Below, piece by piece: positions 31,681 through 41,722 of a stretch of DNA of 64,000 nt. Source of the stretch: Nemertoderma westbladi (Eukaryota > Animalia > Xenacoelomorpha); NCBI GenBank assembly GCA_032718475.1, contig JAUCBJ010001846.1, positions 372,001-436,000 of the forward strand. The letters are read 5' to 3'. Under the pieces are notes generated by a model that saw nothing but the letters and a program-made list of their open reading frames with translations, was not told the origin of the DNA and ran no database searches. How positions within the stretch are numbered: position 1 is the first letter of the stretch; every line of letters begins with the position of its first letter. The position numbers and the translations under genes are program-made.

Positions 31681-33081
31681 TTAAGGAAGTTGACTTAAAC
31701 TTTTACCATGCCAATAAAAATGAGAATAATTTTTATTTTTTTTATTTTTCAAAATCTTTTGCTTCATAACCCTAACAAATTCATCCAGGCCGTTTTTAAT
31801 TTGCGTTTGACCAGGTGTATTGTTTGAATCATCATGCGCCTCACTTAATATAATATTTTCATTATAAAGATTAACCAACCACTTGCTGTCAATAGAATTT
31901 TGATGATTACTCGCAGATTGAGCCTGTGTTGAATCACATGTTTCTGACAAACCCATCAAAACAGGCTTACTAGTTGCTGTGAGGAAAATCTCAGATATTA
32001 TTTGATATAACATGGCATCAATTGATGGTGTATTAATAGGCTTGCACACTTTTTGATCATTCGTTTGCAATTGCTTAAAAAGTGATAAAAGTTTCTGAGG
32101 CACATCATAAGTACTTTGATCAACTATATCATCATTAACTTTAATGTCAGTTATATCCTCAATAGGCTTTATGTCATCCTTATTATCCTGAGGTAGAACT
32201 TCTTGCTGTATTGTTTGGGCTTGTTCAATGGTTTCATCAGTTAAATCATTGTCCCCTGATCCAGAACTCCCAGAACTTGAACTCCCACTCCCTGAACTAG
32301 ATGATGATCCTGAACCCGAATCACTACACTTTTTACTATTACCGGGGTTGCTTGGATCACAGCCGTCTGGGTTGTTGCCGTGGCCGTTGTTGCCGTCGTT
32401 GTCAGTGGATGCGTCTTTGTTGTTTTTCTTAGCCCTTGATTCATATTTTGTTTGAAGGGTGGCTAAGTTTTGGAGGTTGATTTCGCCTGGGTGCTGGATT
32501 TTTCCATGTATTTGAATGCGATGGGCTTTTATTATTAAGTTGAATTGGCTATCTGTGCTAAGCCCGTTGGGGCTGATTGTGATTTCCCCATTTGTTTGTT
32601 GAAGGGGGCTAAATGGGTTGGATGTTGTTAGTAGTATGTCTTTTGTGTTGATGAAACCACACCCGTCACATTGGATACCGGAGGGGTTGATGATAATTAA
32701 TTCAGCTGAACTGCCTGCTATTTCAATGTTGCCTTGTAGTAAGGAGGGGTCAGGGCTTGTGATTTGATTAAGGATGATGTCAGCGCTTTTTTGAAGTTGG
32801 GAATTATGTTGAATGGGTAGGCCGTTTTTGGTTTGGGTATCGACCACGGCGTTGTTGAGAATAATGCCTTTTTTTGTGACGTGGAATTGTGAGTAGTGGT
32901 TGTGGCTGATGCCGTTTTGGTCTGGGTTTTGAATGTTGATGATGGTTTGTTGTGTGGTGTGTTTAACTTGGGTGTGTCGGTTGGATGGTTGGATGTTATT
33001 GGTGAATGATTTGTTGGAAATGATGGCGAGTAACACAAGTGTTGTGATGGTTTTTTTATTCAAAGTTATTGTCTGTATCAT
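31681..33081 (-). CDS. Short TpsA/filamentous-haemagglutinin-type exoprotein
   Basis: IINIQNPDQNGISHNHYSQFHV, ILNN, IILNQI, INPSGIQCDGCGFIN TPS domain; then GNNGHGNN motif, Ser/Gly linker and acidic C-terminal part. Confidence 0.85.
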   Translation of the reverse strand: MIQTITLNKKTITTLVLLAIISNKSFTNNIQPSNRHTQVKHTTQQTIINIQNPDQNGISHNHYSQFHVTKKGIILNNAVVDTQTKNGLPIQHNSQLQKSADIILNQITSPDPSLLQGNIEIAGSSAELIIINPSGIQCDGCGFINTKDILLTTSNPFSPLQQTNGEITISPNGLSTDSQFNLIIKAHRIQIHGKIQHPGEINLQNLATLQTKYESRAKKNNKDASTDNDGNNGHGNNPDGCDPSNPGNSKKCSDSGSGSSSSSGSGSSSSGSSGSGDNDLTDETIEQAQTIQQEVLPQDNKDDIKPIEDITDIKVNDDIVDQSTYDVPQKLLSLFKQLQTNDQKVCKPINTPSIDAMLYQIISEIFLTATSKPVLMGLSETCDSTQAQSASNHQNSIDSKWLVNLYNENIILSEAHDDSNNTPGQTQIKNGLDEFVRVMKQKILKNKKNKNYSHFYWHGKSLSQLP

Positions 33082-33083
33082 GT

Positions 33084-34489
33084 TTATTTTTCAGTTTTGA
33101 TTGAGAAATATATTTGGAATTTTGGTGGGTTAGTTAGGGTGTTTGGGTATTTGATGGGGATATCGAATCGAAGATGCCATTTGTCTTTTATTTCTTTTAA
33201 AATCATTCCCATGCCAATTAATGTTTCGTTTTGGGTGTTGTTAGCAAGACCAATATCTAGGAAAACTTGTGGGGTGATTTTTTTGGTTTTTTCAAGTATG
33301 AAGGTGTTTTTGAGTTGTATGAGCCAGTTAACGGGTAGGCTAACGCCCATTAGACCGCGTAGTCCACTCATATAAAGTGTGTCAGCAATGTTTTCAGTTT
33401 GTTGAAGGCTCATTTTGATGTTTAGTTGCCCATTGTAGTTGTTGTTTTGGTAGGTTATCTCAGTTGTGCTGCGTGTGAATTTAGCGCCACTGTTAAAGTC
33501 GATGATTTGGTTGAATTCAGTGCGGTTGTTTATTTTTCCTGAAAGGGTGGCCTGATAGCGCCATGCATTTGACTCTCCAAATATGATGGCTAGGTTTTGG
33601 TTGTTGATGTCGAATTTTTTTTTGTAGTGGCTATGTGTTGCTTTAAGTTGGAAGGTGAGTTGGTGGGGTCCATTCTTTTAAGGCGTTTGCTGATACTAAA
33701 GCTAAAAATATGACTATTTCCATCAACGGTTAAAAGGTTGCCGTTGCTGATTTGATCAATGCTGTATTTTGTATGTTGGTAATCGTACTGGTAGCTGTAG
33801 TAGATGTTATAAGGCATTCTAATTTGGGTGGAGACAGATAAGTAATATGTTTGGCTAGATTGTCTAGTATGGGCTATTTTAAGGTTCCAGTTTTCGCCCA
33901 TGGTCATGGCCTCGAACGTGCTGACATTACCTAATAGTTGTATGTGACCGAATAGGTGGTTGTGGTAGTTGTTAATTTCTAGTTCATGTAACCATTTTAA
34001 TAGTTGAGGGTTGGTTGTGAGTATGATATCGGTGTGTTGAGGGGTTTCGCTTGCACTAATGTTTGTTTTGTAATAACGCCTTTTTTGGATTTTTTTAAGT
34101 GCGTATTGGAGGTCGTATAGGTTGAATATGGTTTTTTCAATGCCTACAAATACAAGGGGTGGTTTTGAGTCATCATTTTTTATGATCTCTCCAATATAAT
34201 CTTCTTTTATTTGAATGGTAACAGCTTGAGGGTTTTTGCTTAACAGATTAAAGGGTTGAAAGACAGCTTCGGAGGTTAAAAAACCATTTCGATGATAGGT
34301 TAGATTAATGTTTAGTAACTTTTCATATAGTGTTTCTAAGTTGTAGCAGTCGCTATCTGTGCTAAATGCATCTGCTAAGGTTAGTTGTTTTTGGGTGCTG
34401 TCTTGGATGGAAAAATGAGTAATTTCTAAGCAAGGCTCGTCTGCCCAAATTGATTGAAGTAATAAAAAATAGCCTAACGTTAATGACAT
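33084..34489 (-). pseudogene. TpsB (ShlB/FhaC) transporter split by a frameshift
   Basis: CLEI..., YHRNGFLTS POTRA in 33590-34489; barrel strands (GLRG, FLDIG) continue in another frame from about 33670 to 33084; adjacent to tpsA. Confidence 0.7.
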
Positions 34490-34655
34490 TAGACAAGCTT
34501 TTAATAATAAAAAGCTGCACCGCGTTTGAAGGGCAGCGAAAAGTTCTCTTCCCCAAGAGAATAAAGATATCTAGAGCAAATTGATTCCTTAATTTCATAC
34601 ATTTCAGTTTTTATCCTAACATAAGGATAAGTAATTGTTTAATCAGTGCTATTAG

Positions 34656-34868
34656 TGTAGGGCACAGAAAGAAACGAAAATAATAACAACCCAACAAAAA
34701 CACCCTAACTCTAAACACACCAAAAAATTACGGCGATTTTTTTATCTACACCTTTTAAAGTTTGTTTTGGAAAAAACTTTCCATTTCTAACTAAAAATAA
34801 CCTTAAAACTTTCCTTTTTGAGATAGTTTTGAACCACAAATGAAAAGAAAACAGAAAGAAAGTAGAAA
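34656..34868 (+). repeat. Candidate prophage end with transposase-binding repeats
   Basis: TGTAGGGCACAGAAAGAAACGAAAA at 34656; ACAGAAAGAAA at 34664 and 34851; resembles Mu end sites. Confidence 0.5.
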
Positions 34869-34951
34869 GTTTTTAAAAAATTAAGAGGCGATTAATAACC
34901 TTTTAAATCGCTTTTAATCTTTAATTCTCAAACTGCTGAGTAGCCCCTTCC

Positions 34952-34991
34952 AAAATACCCCATCAACTGATCTTTCCTCTTTCTTTAAGAT
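34952..34991 (+). promoter_or_regulatory. Putative activator-dependent late promoter, copy 1
   Basis: AAAATACCCCATCAAC + 18 bp + TAAGAT; same box and spacing at 51963. Confidence 0.65.
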
Positions 34992-34998
34992 AGATCAT

Positions 34999-35616
34999 AT
35001 GAATACTTTACTCCCTCAAAATTCCACTAATCTAGAAGTAATCGTTGATCAAACAACCCGAGGACGTTTAGATGGTTTGCCTATCACGCCTAAACATAAC
35101 AAAAACCCATAGACCATTCCAGATCAACTCCTTCCATATCTTGCAAAAGAACTCAGTGTGGATTTTTGGAATGATGATTGGTCAGTTGAAAAGAAGCATT
35201 CTGTCATTTCTATATCAATTGATGCCCATCGTCATAAAGGCACAATGCATGCCGTACGCACTGCCCTTAATGCCATCAACACAGACATTGAAATCACAGA
35301 GTGGTTTGACCAAAACCCACTCTCTGATCCAAACACAATGCAGGTCACCATTCTTGCTAAAGAAGGCTTGAGTGATTCAGTGGTGGATGAAGTCAAGGCT
35401 ATTTTGGATACTACCAAACCCTTACATGTGCATTATGGAATTTCTTTTAAACAACTCTCAAGCGTTTTAATGAACTTAGCCAGTGCAGGAGTGATTCGTT
35501 TGAGAAAAAGTATTCAGGTAGCAAGCAAACTGTCTCACCAATTCCAAAATAACCTTAATATCTACCACACAGGTACTGGCAGGCAACGAATAAACGTAAC
35601 AGGAACCATCCAATGA
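34999..35616 (+). pseudogene. P2 gpI-like tail/baseplate protein with an in-frame TAG at 35110-35112
   Basis: MNTLLPQNSTNLE...NP*TIP..LLPYLAKELSVDFW..DW..EKK...HRHKGT..AV. Confidence 0.85.
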
Positions 35617-36485
35617 GCCAGATTATTTTTACACTCACCCAGGCAGGCATTAATGCCACAACTCAAAGCTCAGGCGTAAAGGCTGTTATCTCTCATATTG
35701 GTTTTGGAGCAGGGGATTATGTCCCCACAGGCACAGAGACAACACTGAGTGCCCAACAAGATTTTATCGCTATTACATCAGGTATTGATAATGGTGATCA
35801 AATTACCATTGAGGCTATCCTTTCAGGGAGCCAGAACTATTCCATCAAAGAGATCGGTATCTTTTTAGAGGATGGCACACTATTTGCCATTTATTCTCAC
35901 CCAACTAACACCATTGCTTATAAAAGTGCAGGGACAGATTTTCAGTTTGTTTACACATTAACCCTGAGCGGTGTTAACACGGATAACGTTACCTTAAATG
36001 TATCTGCCTTTGGAGAAGCAACCCTTCAATCACACATTCAAAATATTGCCAACCCCCACAACATCACACCAAGTCAAATAGGGGCTGCGAGTCAAACTGA
36101 TTTGGATACTACCAATACACAGCTCACCGACTTAATTAACAACCCATCGGCTACACGAACAGAGACTGTTTTATTTACATCCACTGGTGGTGCTAAATCT
36201 GGAAGCATTGCAAACTGGAATACCTATAACTACTTAGAATTTTTACTGACAGGTAATTACGAACTGTTTAGTATTAAAACCGAACATATTGAGGTGGGCA
36301 CTGCACGTAACTTTATCTCCACCCTAAGTGGCCATTTTCACAGCTCATCACGCATTACCATAGGCAGCGATAACACCTTTAACTTATCTGATGGCTACAG
36401 CCAAAACTACATCACAGGGCAAAATTATGACAATACCGCAGGTGTGCATAGCATTAGTAAAATCATTGGAGTGAACCATGGGTAA
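35613..36485 (+). CDS. Short tail fibre protein (P2 gpH-like N-terminus)
   Basis: LTQAG, IKEIGIFLEDGTLFAI, H...NPHNITPSQIGA. Confidence 0.8.
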   Translation: MSQIIFTLTQAGINATTQSSGVKAVISHIGFGAGDYVPTGTETTLSAQQDFIAITSGIDNGDQITIEAILSGSQNYSIKEIGIFLEDGTLFAIYSHPTNTIAYKSAGTDFQFVYTLTLSGVNTDNVTLNVSAFGEATLQSHIQNIANPHNITPSQIGAASQTDLDTTNTQLTDLINNPSATRTETVLFTSTGGAKSGSIANWNTYNYLEFLLTGNYELFSIKTEHIEVGTARNFISTLSGHFHSSSRITIGSDNTFNLSDGYSQNYITGQNYDNTAGVHSISKIIGVNHG

Positions 36486-36939
36486 TTATCAATTTATTTA
36501 TAACCAAGCGGGTGAGTATATTGATTTACGCTGTCCTGATGATATCGGAAAACCTGTTGAAGGTTCCATTATCATCACTCTTGAAAACCCCACAGCTGAT
36601 CAACTCAAACACCCCGATCACTACAAACCTAATGAAGATCAAACCAACCTCATTCCAAGACACACCGAGTCAGAGAAAAGAGGTATCCTTTTCTCCCAAG
36701 CCAAAACTCAACTGACCTTTTTACTCAAACAACACCAAAACCAAGCAGCCATTACCCATGATTATTTAGGCATTGATCAAGCTATACAGCTGGATCAACA
36801 GTTTAAAAACTGGGCGATTGATTGCAGAGAAAAATCCATTGCAATCAAAACCGATGTTCTTTCAGGAAAAATTGATCTTCCCGATGAAAAAACATTTATT
36901 AACGCCATGCCTAAAATAGAGGATTACCTCAATGAATAA
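36478..36939 (+). CDS. Probable tail fibre assembly/accessory protein
   Basis: Position after fibre; C-terminal W...C....P....FI..MP pattern. Confidence 0.5.
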   Translation: MGNYQFIYNQAGEYIDLRCPDDIGKPVEGSIIITLENPTADQLKHPDHYKPNEDQTNLIPRHTESEKRGILFSQAKTQLTFLLKQHQNQAAITHDYLGIDQAIQLDQQFKNWAIDCREKSIAIKTDVLSGKIDLPDEKTFINAMPKIEDYLNE

Positions 36940-37132
36940 CCCAATCACTTATACATTCACCGAACTTTCAAACCCCATTGAAATTGATTTATCCAGTGTT
37001 CAAGGTTTTTACAAACAAAACACCCGTCCAACCATTCGTTTTGTGATTGAGACAACGGGCGGTGAATATCAATTTAGTGTTTCAACTAAAACCAGAGGTT
37101 CAACTTGGGGAAAAGTTAAAACAAAAGATTAA
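36932..37132 (+). CDS. Hypothetical phage protein
   Basis: Overlap-coupled ORF in the tail operon. Confidence 0.5.
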   Translation: MNNPITYTFTELSNPIEIDLSSVQGFYKQNTRPTIRFVIETTGGEYQFSVSTKTRGSTWGKVKTKD

Positions 37133-37156
37133 TCAAACCAACAAAGGAGAAACAAC

Positions 37157-38311
37157 ATGACATACATTCACGGCATCCAATCCCTTGCCACACAATCAGG
37201 CACACGTTCAATTAAAGAGCAATCAACATCTTTGATCTGTATATTAGGTACAGCCCCTAAAGCCGATGCAACCAAATACCCACTAGATGCACCCGTATTA
37301 ATCAACGCAGCAAGCAATAGAGATCACGCCTTGCTTGGAAGCACAGGCACCCTACCTAAAGCAGTTGATGGCATCCGCGATCAAATCGGTGCAAAGGTCT
37401 GTATTATCCGAATAGATCACTCAGGTACACCAGCTGAACTTCAAAGCCGAGCATTAGAAAAAACACAACTCATCCGTGGGGTAGAGTCTGTTGTGGGAGA
37501 GAAACCAAAAATACTGATTGCACCTAGCTTTCTAACGATCACAACCGATGCTGCTAATCCTGTCATCACAGAAATGTTGAGTATTGCTGAAAGTCTGCGC
37601 GCTTTTGTGATTGCAGATGGACCCAATATCACCAATACCGATGCCATCCAAGCACGAAACCATTACGGCAGCAAACGTCTTTTGATTGTTGACCCAGGTG
37701 TGAAAGTCTGGGACACAAAAACCGACTCTTGGCTTAACGAATTTGCATCACCCAGAATTGCAGGCTTATTTGCTAAAAATGATGCTGAAAGATCAGCCTT
37801 TCATACGCCATCCAATATGCTGATTACAGGCATCGGTGGAACAACACGCCCCATTCAATACGCTACATCCGATTCAAACTCTGAACACAACCTTCTAAAC
37901 AAAAACCAAATCGGCACCATTGTAAACGCAAATGGTTATCGGTTTTTGGGGACTGATACCTGTGATATTACAGACTCGAACAACCGCTTTATCAACTCAA
38001 TTCGAGGCGCTGACGCCATCGATGATGCACTCGAATCTGGCATCCAGTGGGCACTGGATCGAAACATCACCCAAACATTCATTGATGATGTCACCACATC
38101 AATTCAAGGCTATCTTGAAAACAGAATTGCTCAAGGGGATTTACTGCCAGGTTCTAAGATCACAGCCGACCCAGAACTCAATACTCAAACTGCCTATTCC
38201 AATGGCCAAGTGTATTTTAATTATGACTACGCCACCCCAACCCCTGCTGTGCATATCACGATCAAGCGTCAAGTGAATTATGACCTAGCCAAGGGTATTT
38301 TTAACCTGTAA
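37157..38311 (+). CDS. Tail sheath protein (P2 FI-like)
   Basis: YIHGI, GTLPKAVDGI.DQ, PKILIAP, SPRIAGL.AK.D, PSN; strong RBS. Confidence 0.95.
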   Translation: MTYIHGIQSLATQSGTRSIKEQSTSLICILGTAPKADATKYPLDAPVLINAASNRDHALLGSTGTLPKAVDGIRDQIGAKVCIIRIDHSGTPAELQSRALEKTQLIRGVESVVGEKPKILIAPSFLTITTDAANPVITEMLSIAESLRAFVIADGPNITNTDAIQARNHYGSKRLLIVDPGVKVWDTKTDSWLNEFASPRIAGLFAKNDAERSAFHTPSNMLITGIGGTTRPIQYATSDSNSEHNLLNKNQIGTIVNANGYRFLGTDTCDITDSNNRFINSIRGADAIDDALESGIQWALDRNITQTFIDDVTTSIQGYLENRIAQGDLLPGSKITADPELNTQTAYSNGQVYFNYDYATPTPAVHITIKRQVNYDLAKGIFNL

Positions 38312-38350
38312 TTAAACACGCATTAAACAATACTTAAAAGGAGAACAATC

Positions 38351-38857
38351 ATGAGTAAACAACAAGTCGGTCAACTATTTCGTTTAAGCGTTGATGGTTT
38401 TGGTTTCGCAGGCAGCTGTAAAGATGTTAAACCACCCAAAATTTCTAAAAAGATGGAAAGCTACCGAGGGGGTGGTATGGGTGGTGAGATTGAAATTCCT
38501 GTGGGCATTGAAATGGACGCACTGGAGTTTACCCTAACCGAGATCGTACCCAATGTGCTTAAGCGATTTGGCTTTGTGCAAGGCTCGGATAAACCCTTTA
38601 CCCTACGCTGTGCCATTGTTGATGATACAGGCAAAACACTCGCTCATCGCTATGAGGTGGGTGGGATACTCAAAGAGATTGACCCGGGTTCAATTGAGGC
38701 AGGCAAAATTATAGAGCGAAAGTTTTCAGTGAGTCCCAGAAGCTTTAAAGAATTTTTAGCAGGCGAGCCACTCATCCACATTGACCTAGAAAAAGGCATT
38801 GAGGTGATCGGTGGGGTGGATAGATTGGCTGATGCAAGAAGTGCTGCTGGGATTTAG
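38351..38857 (+). CDS. Tail tube protein (P2 FII-like)
   Basis: PKI..KMESYRGGGM, IGGVDRLA..R.A.G. Confidence 0.93.
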   Translation: MSKQQVGQLFRLSVDGFGFAGSCKDVKPPKISKKMESYRGGGMGGEIEIPVGIEMDALEFTLTEIVPNVLKRFGFVQGSDKPFTLRCAIVDDTGKTLAHRYEVGGILKEIDPGSIEAGKIIERKFSVSPRSFKEFLAGEPLIHIDLEKGIEVIGGVDRLADARSAAGI

Positions 38858-38858
38858 G

Positions 38859-39257
38859 ATGAAAAACATAGAGCTATTTAATCAAGCCACCGCTGAAATT
38901 TTATCAGGTTTGTATAGTCAGTTTCCAAATCCTATCTCTTTTAATGCCATGAAGATGTCAGGGTGTCAGGAGATTAACGATTATGGACATCCTGTGGATA
39001 AATTGGGCAATGAATCCAAAACCTTTACGACCATCAACAATACCATTAAGTGGCTAGCTGATGAAGGTTATATCAAAGGCGAGAAAGACGGCTATGGCAT
39101 TTCATTTACAACACTGACCCAAAAAGGTCTTGATGCAATGAATAAAATTCCTGAAGCACTAAACACCAAGCAAAGCTTAGGTGTGCGACTTCAAAAGTTT
39201 ATTGCAGCAGGCGCCAAAGAATTAACCAGCGAGACTATTAAACAAATTTTAACTTAA
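38859..39257 (+). CDS. Hypothetical winged-helix-like moron protein
   Basis: NIELF...ILSGLY..FP, TIKWLADEGYI, LTQKGL; not a standard tail gene. Confidence 0.6.
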   Translation: MKNIELFNQATAEILSGLYSQFPNPISFNAMKMSGCQEINDYGHPVDKLGNESKTFTTINNTIKWLADEGYIKGEKDGYGISFTTLTQKGLDAMNKIPEALNTKQSLGVRLQKFIAAGAKELTSETIKQILT

Positions 39258-39267
39258 GGAGAAAGCG

Positions 39268-39534
39268 ATGAACAACCAAAAACACACCATCACACTCACC
39301 CATCCTGTGGCGTTTGAGGGGGAGACGATAACAACACTTCAAATGAAACCACCCATCGTCAAATACATCATTACCGCACAATCCTTAGGTGCAACCGATG
39401 CTGAACGTGAGGTACATATCATGGCAGCCCTTACCGAACAACCCTCTGACATGATTGAGCAATTACATATGGCAGATTACATGAAACTACAAGGGCAGTA
39501 CCAGGATTTTTTAGCCTCAAGCCCAGCGACATAG
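39268..39534 (+). CDS. Tail assembly chaperone (P2 gpE-like)
   Basis: ITLTHPV..EG..IT.L.M..P.V...L...DY.KLQ..Y..FL. Confidence 0.85.
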   Translation: MNNQKHTITLTHPVAFEGETITTLQMKPPIVKYIITAQSLGATDAEREVHIMAALTEQPSDMIEQLHMADYMKLQGQYQDFLASSPAT

Positions 39535-39668
39535 GCATGGCTGTTGTAGCCATTGCCGATACCACCAGTTGGGCTAAAAAAGAATTATTAGAACTAACAG
39601 TTAGCGAGCTTGTATTTTGGAGCGAACAAATTCAAAAGTTTCAAGCACTGAAACATAGACCAAGCTAG
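39506..39668 (+). CDS. gpE' extension via programmed -1 frameshift at T TTT TTA
   Basis: -1 frame reads IA....W...EL.EL...EL.FW, typical of GpE'; stop TAG 39666-39668. Confidence 0.8.
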
Positions 39669-39825
39669 CCAAAAAAAATACAGGTAGGCATAAGAAACCC
39701 AAAACCACCGACCCCACAACAACTAAAGGATCGAAAAAAAACAACCCGTCAGAAAATGAATAAAAGATTAGATAACACCCTAAAAAATAAGCTGTTATGA
39801 AAACCTTATCACTGGGTATTGTCAT
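39601..39825 (-). CDS. Small antisense membrane protein (moron)
   Basis: Two hydrophobic segments; fills the E'-tape measure gap on the opposite strand. Confidence 0.5.
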   Translation of the reverse strand: MTIPSDKVFITAYFLGCYLIFYSFSDGLFFFDPLVVVGSVVLGFLCLPVFFLASLVYVSVLETFEFVRSKIQAR

Positions 39826-41722
39826 CGGCGCATCCTTAGGGGCTAGTTTTAACAAAAGCTTTCAAAGCACAACCGAAAAAATTGGTGCGCTTTCAAAAAG
39901 CATAGCATCCACTAATATTAAATTCCAAGCCACCAAAGATGTTATTAAGTATCAAAAACTCCTAAAAACACTTCGTGATAAACAAAAAATACTAGGTACA
40001 AGCAACAAACAACTGGCACGTGGAATTAAAGATGTTGAGAAACGCTATAAACAATCCAAACAGGCAGCTAAAAGCTATGGCATCCAAATTGGACAAGTCG
40101 TTGCTCAAAACAACAAACTTGAACGAAGCCTTCATCAGCTAGCGCGCAAACAAAAAAGATTACAAAACTTAGAGAAATCCAAACAACGCTTATCCAATGC
40201 CAAGGGAAGTTTTCTAGGGCTTTTAGGAGTAGGGTATGCAGCACATCGCATTGGTCAAAACGCCATAACGCATGATGATGCAACCATCCGCCTTAAAACC
40301 GTGGTTGATCCAAAATCGTTTGAAAAAGCCAAACAATTTGCAAGAGATTATAGTAAAACCCATCTAGGAACTGAAACACAAATCATCAACATTCAATACG
40401 CGCTTAACTCAGCAGGCTTAAGTGCTGATGCGGCGATGATTGGCGCAACCGTTGTGGAGAAAGTAGCAAAAGTTACAGGTGGCGTGGGTGAATCTGTGGG
40501 TGAGATCATCGGGATTGTTTATAACAATATGGCAGGCTCTATTGAGGGCAAAACAAAAGAAAAACTAGAGCGAATTGGCGATGTCCTCACCCAAACACAA
40601 CTTAAATTTCAAATCAGAGATTTTTCTCAGTTAGGTGAATCCATGGCCAAGGGTGCCAAAGGGGCCATCAAATATAAAGTTGGTTTAGAGCAAACCGCAG
40701 CCGCGCTAGGGCAACTCAACACCTCAGGTGTACAAGGCTCCCTTGCAGGCACCGCCTTTAATGCCATTTTACGGCAAATGAGCAAAGCAGCTGATGAGCT
40801 GGGTTTTTCCATTGTGCGAGGGGCAAATGGCAACATGGATTTTATCCAAACCATTAAAAACTTAAAACAAAGTATTAGCTTTACCGATGATATTGATGAG
40901 CGAGCTGGTATTATTCAAGACGCTTTTGGTGATGAAGGGGGTGCGATCTCCATTTTGATCGATAACCTGGGAAAATTAGAGTCTAATTTTCAGTATGTAG
41001 CCAAATCTCAAGGCGTGGTTAATAAAAACTACGATTACTTTTTAAAAGGCAAAGGGGCGCCCCTTCGGCAATTTGCCAAAAACATGCAACTGGTCGGCAC
41101 CGCCTTCGCTGAAACCTTGCTTCCGCCCATGAATGCTGTTTTAAAGCCATTGGGTAAAATTGCGGTTTGGACGGCTGAGGCAGCACAAAATTACCCTGTT
41201 ATCACAAAACTCATAGGTGGCATTTCCACAGGTTTTATATTGTACAAAGCGGGTGCGCTCCTTGCGGCAGCGGCTAGCTGGGCGTTTAACGCAGCGCTTG
41301 TGGCTAATCCAATCGGGCTAATTGTGGCAGGCATCGTGACAGCGGCAACACTTATTTATACCTATTGGGAGCCAATCGCTGGCTTTTTTAAAAAGCTTTG
41401 GAACGGCATTAAAAATACTTTCTCATCAGGGTTTGCATGGATTGGAAAAACCATTAAAAGCATGACATCTTGGTTGCCTGACTGGCTAGTTGGAAATGAT
41501 GATTCAAACCAATCTTCAAACAAGCTTCATCAGGCAGCAAAAAGTGTGGCAAAATCCTCAAGCATTAAAAATACCAACACCACCAACCACCTAAACGCCC
41601 CTATTACCATCCATGCTGCCCCTGGTATGAATACACAGCAGTTAGCTAATCAAGTACAAAACTCTATATCACAACCCTTTAGTGATTTAAATAACACCCA
41701 ACTCGATGACCCCGACCTATGA
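39797..41722 (+). CDS. Tail tape measure protein (TP901-type core)
   Basis: LGQL..SG.QGS.AGTAF..IL, ANPIGLIV.GI..AA.LIY.YWEPI. Confidence 0.92.
   Translation: MKTLSLGIVIGASLGASFNKSFQSTTEKIGALSKSIASTNIKFQATKDVIKYQKLLKTLRDKQKILGTSNKQLARGIKDVEKRYKQSKQAAKSYGIQIGQVVAQNNKLERSLHQLARKQKRLQNLEKSKQRLSNAKGSFLGLLGVGYAAHRIGQNAITHDDATIRLKTVVDPKSFEKAKQFARDYSKTHLGTETQIINIQYALNSAGLSADAAMIGATVVEKVAKVTGGVGESVGEIIGIVYNNMAGSIEGKTKEKLERIGDVLTQTQLKFQIRDFSQLGESMAKGAKGAIKYKVGLEQTAAALGQLNTSGVQGSLAGTAFNAILRQMSKAADELGFSIVRGANGNMDFIQTIKNLKQSISFTDDIDERAGIIQDAFGDEGGAISILIDNLGKLESNFQYVAKSQGVVNKNYDYFLKGKGAPLRQFAKNMQLVGTAFAETLLPPMNAVLKPLGKIAVWTAEAAQNYPVITKLIGGISTGFILYKAGALLAAAASWAFNAALVANPIGLIVAGIVTAATLIYTYWEPIAGFFKKLWNGIKNTFSSGFAWIGKTIKSMTSWLPDWLVGNDDSNQSSNKLHQAAKSVAKSSSIKNTNTTNHLNAPITIHAAPGMNTQQLANQVQNSISQPFSDLNNTQLDDPDL

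Noticed and set aside
32228-32455. Plus-strand PELPELE ORF and short repeats
   Set aside because: Antisense shadow of the Ser/Gly linker of tpsA.
32440-34150. Strong G/T skew on the plus strand
   Set aside because: Plausibly explained by Thr/Asn/Gln/Lys-rich minus-strand coding; not quantified.
34886-34916. GCGATT...AATCGC inverted repeat before the late promoter
   Set aside because: Stem is short with a large loop; cannot call a terminator or binding site.
35613-37132. Gin-type invertible tail-fibre segment
   Set aside because: No invertase, no second fibre cassette and no flanking inverted repeats seen.
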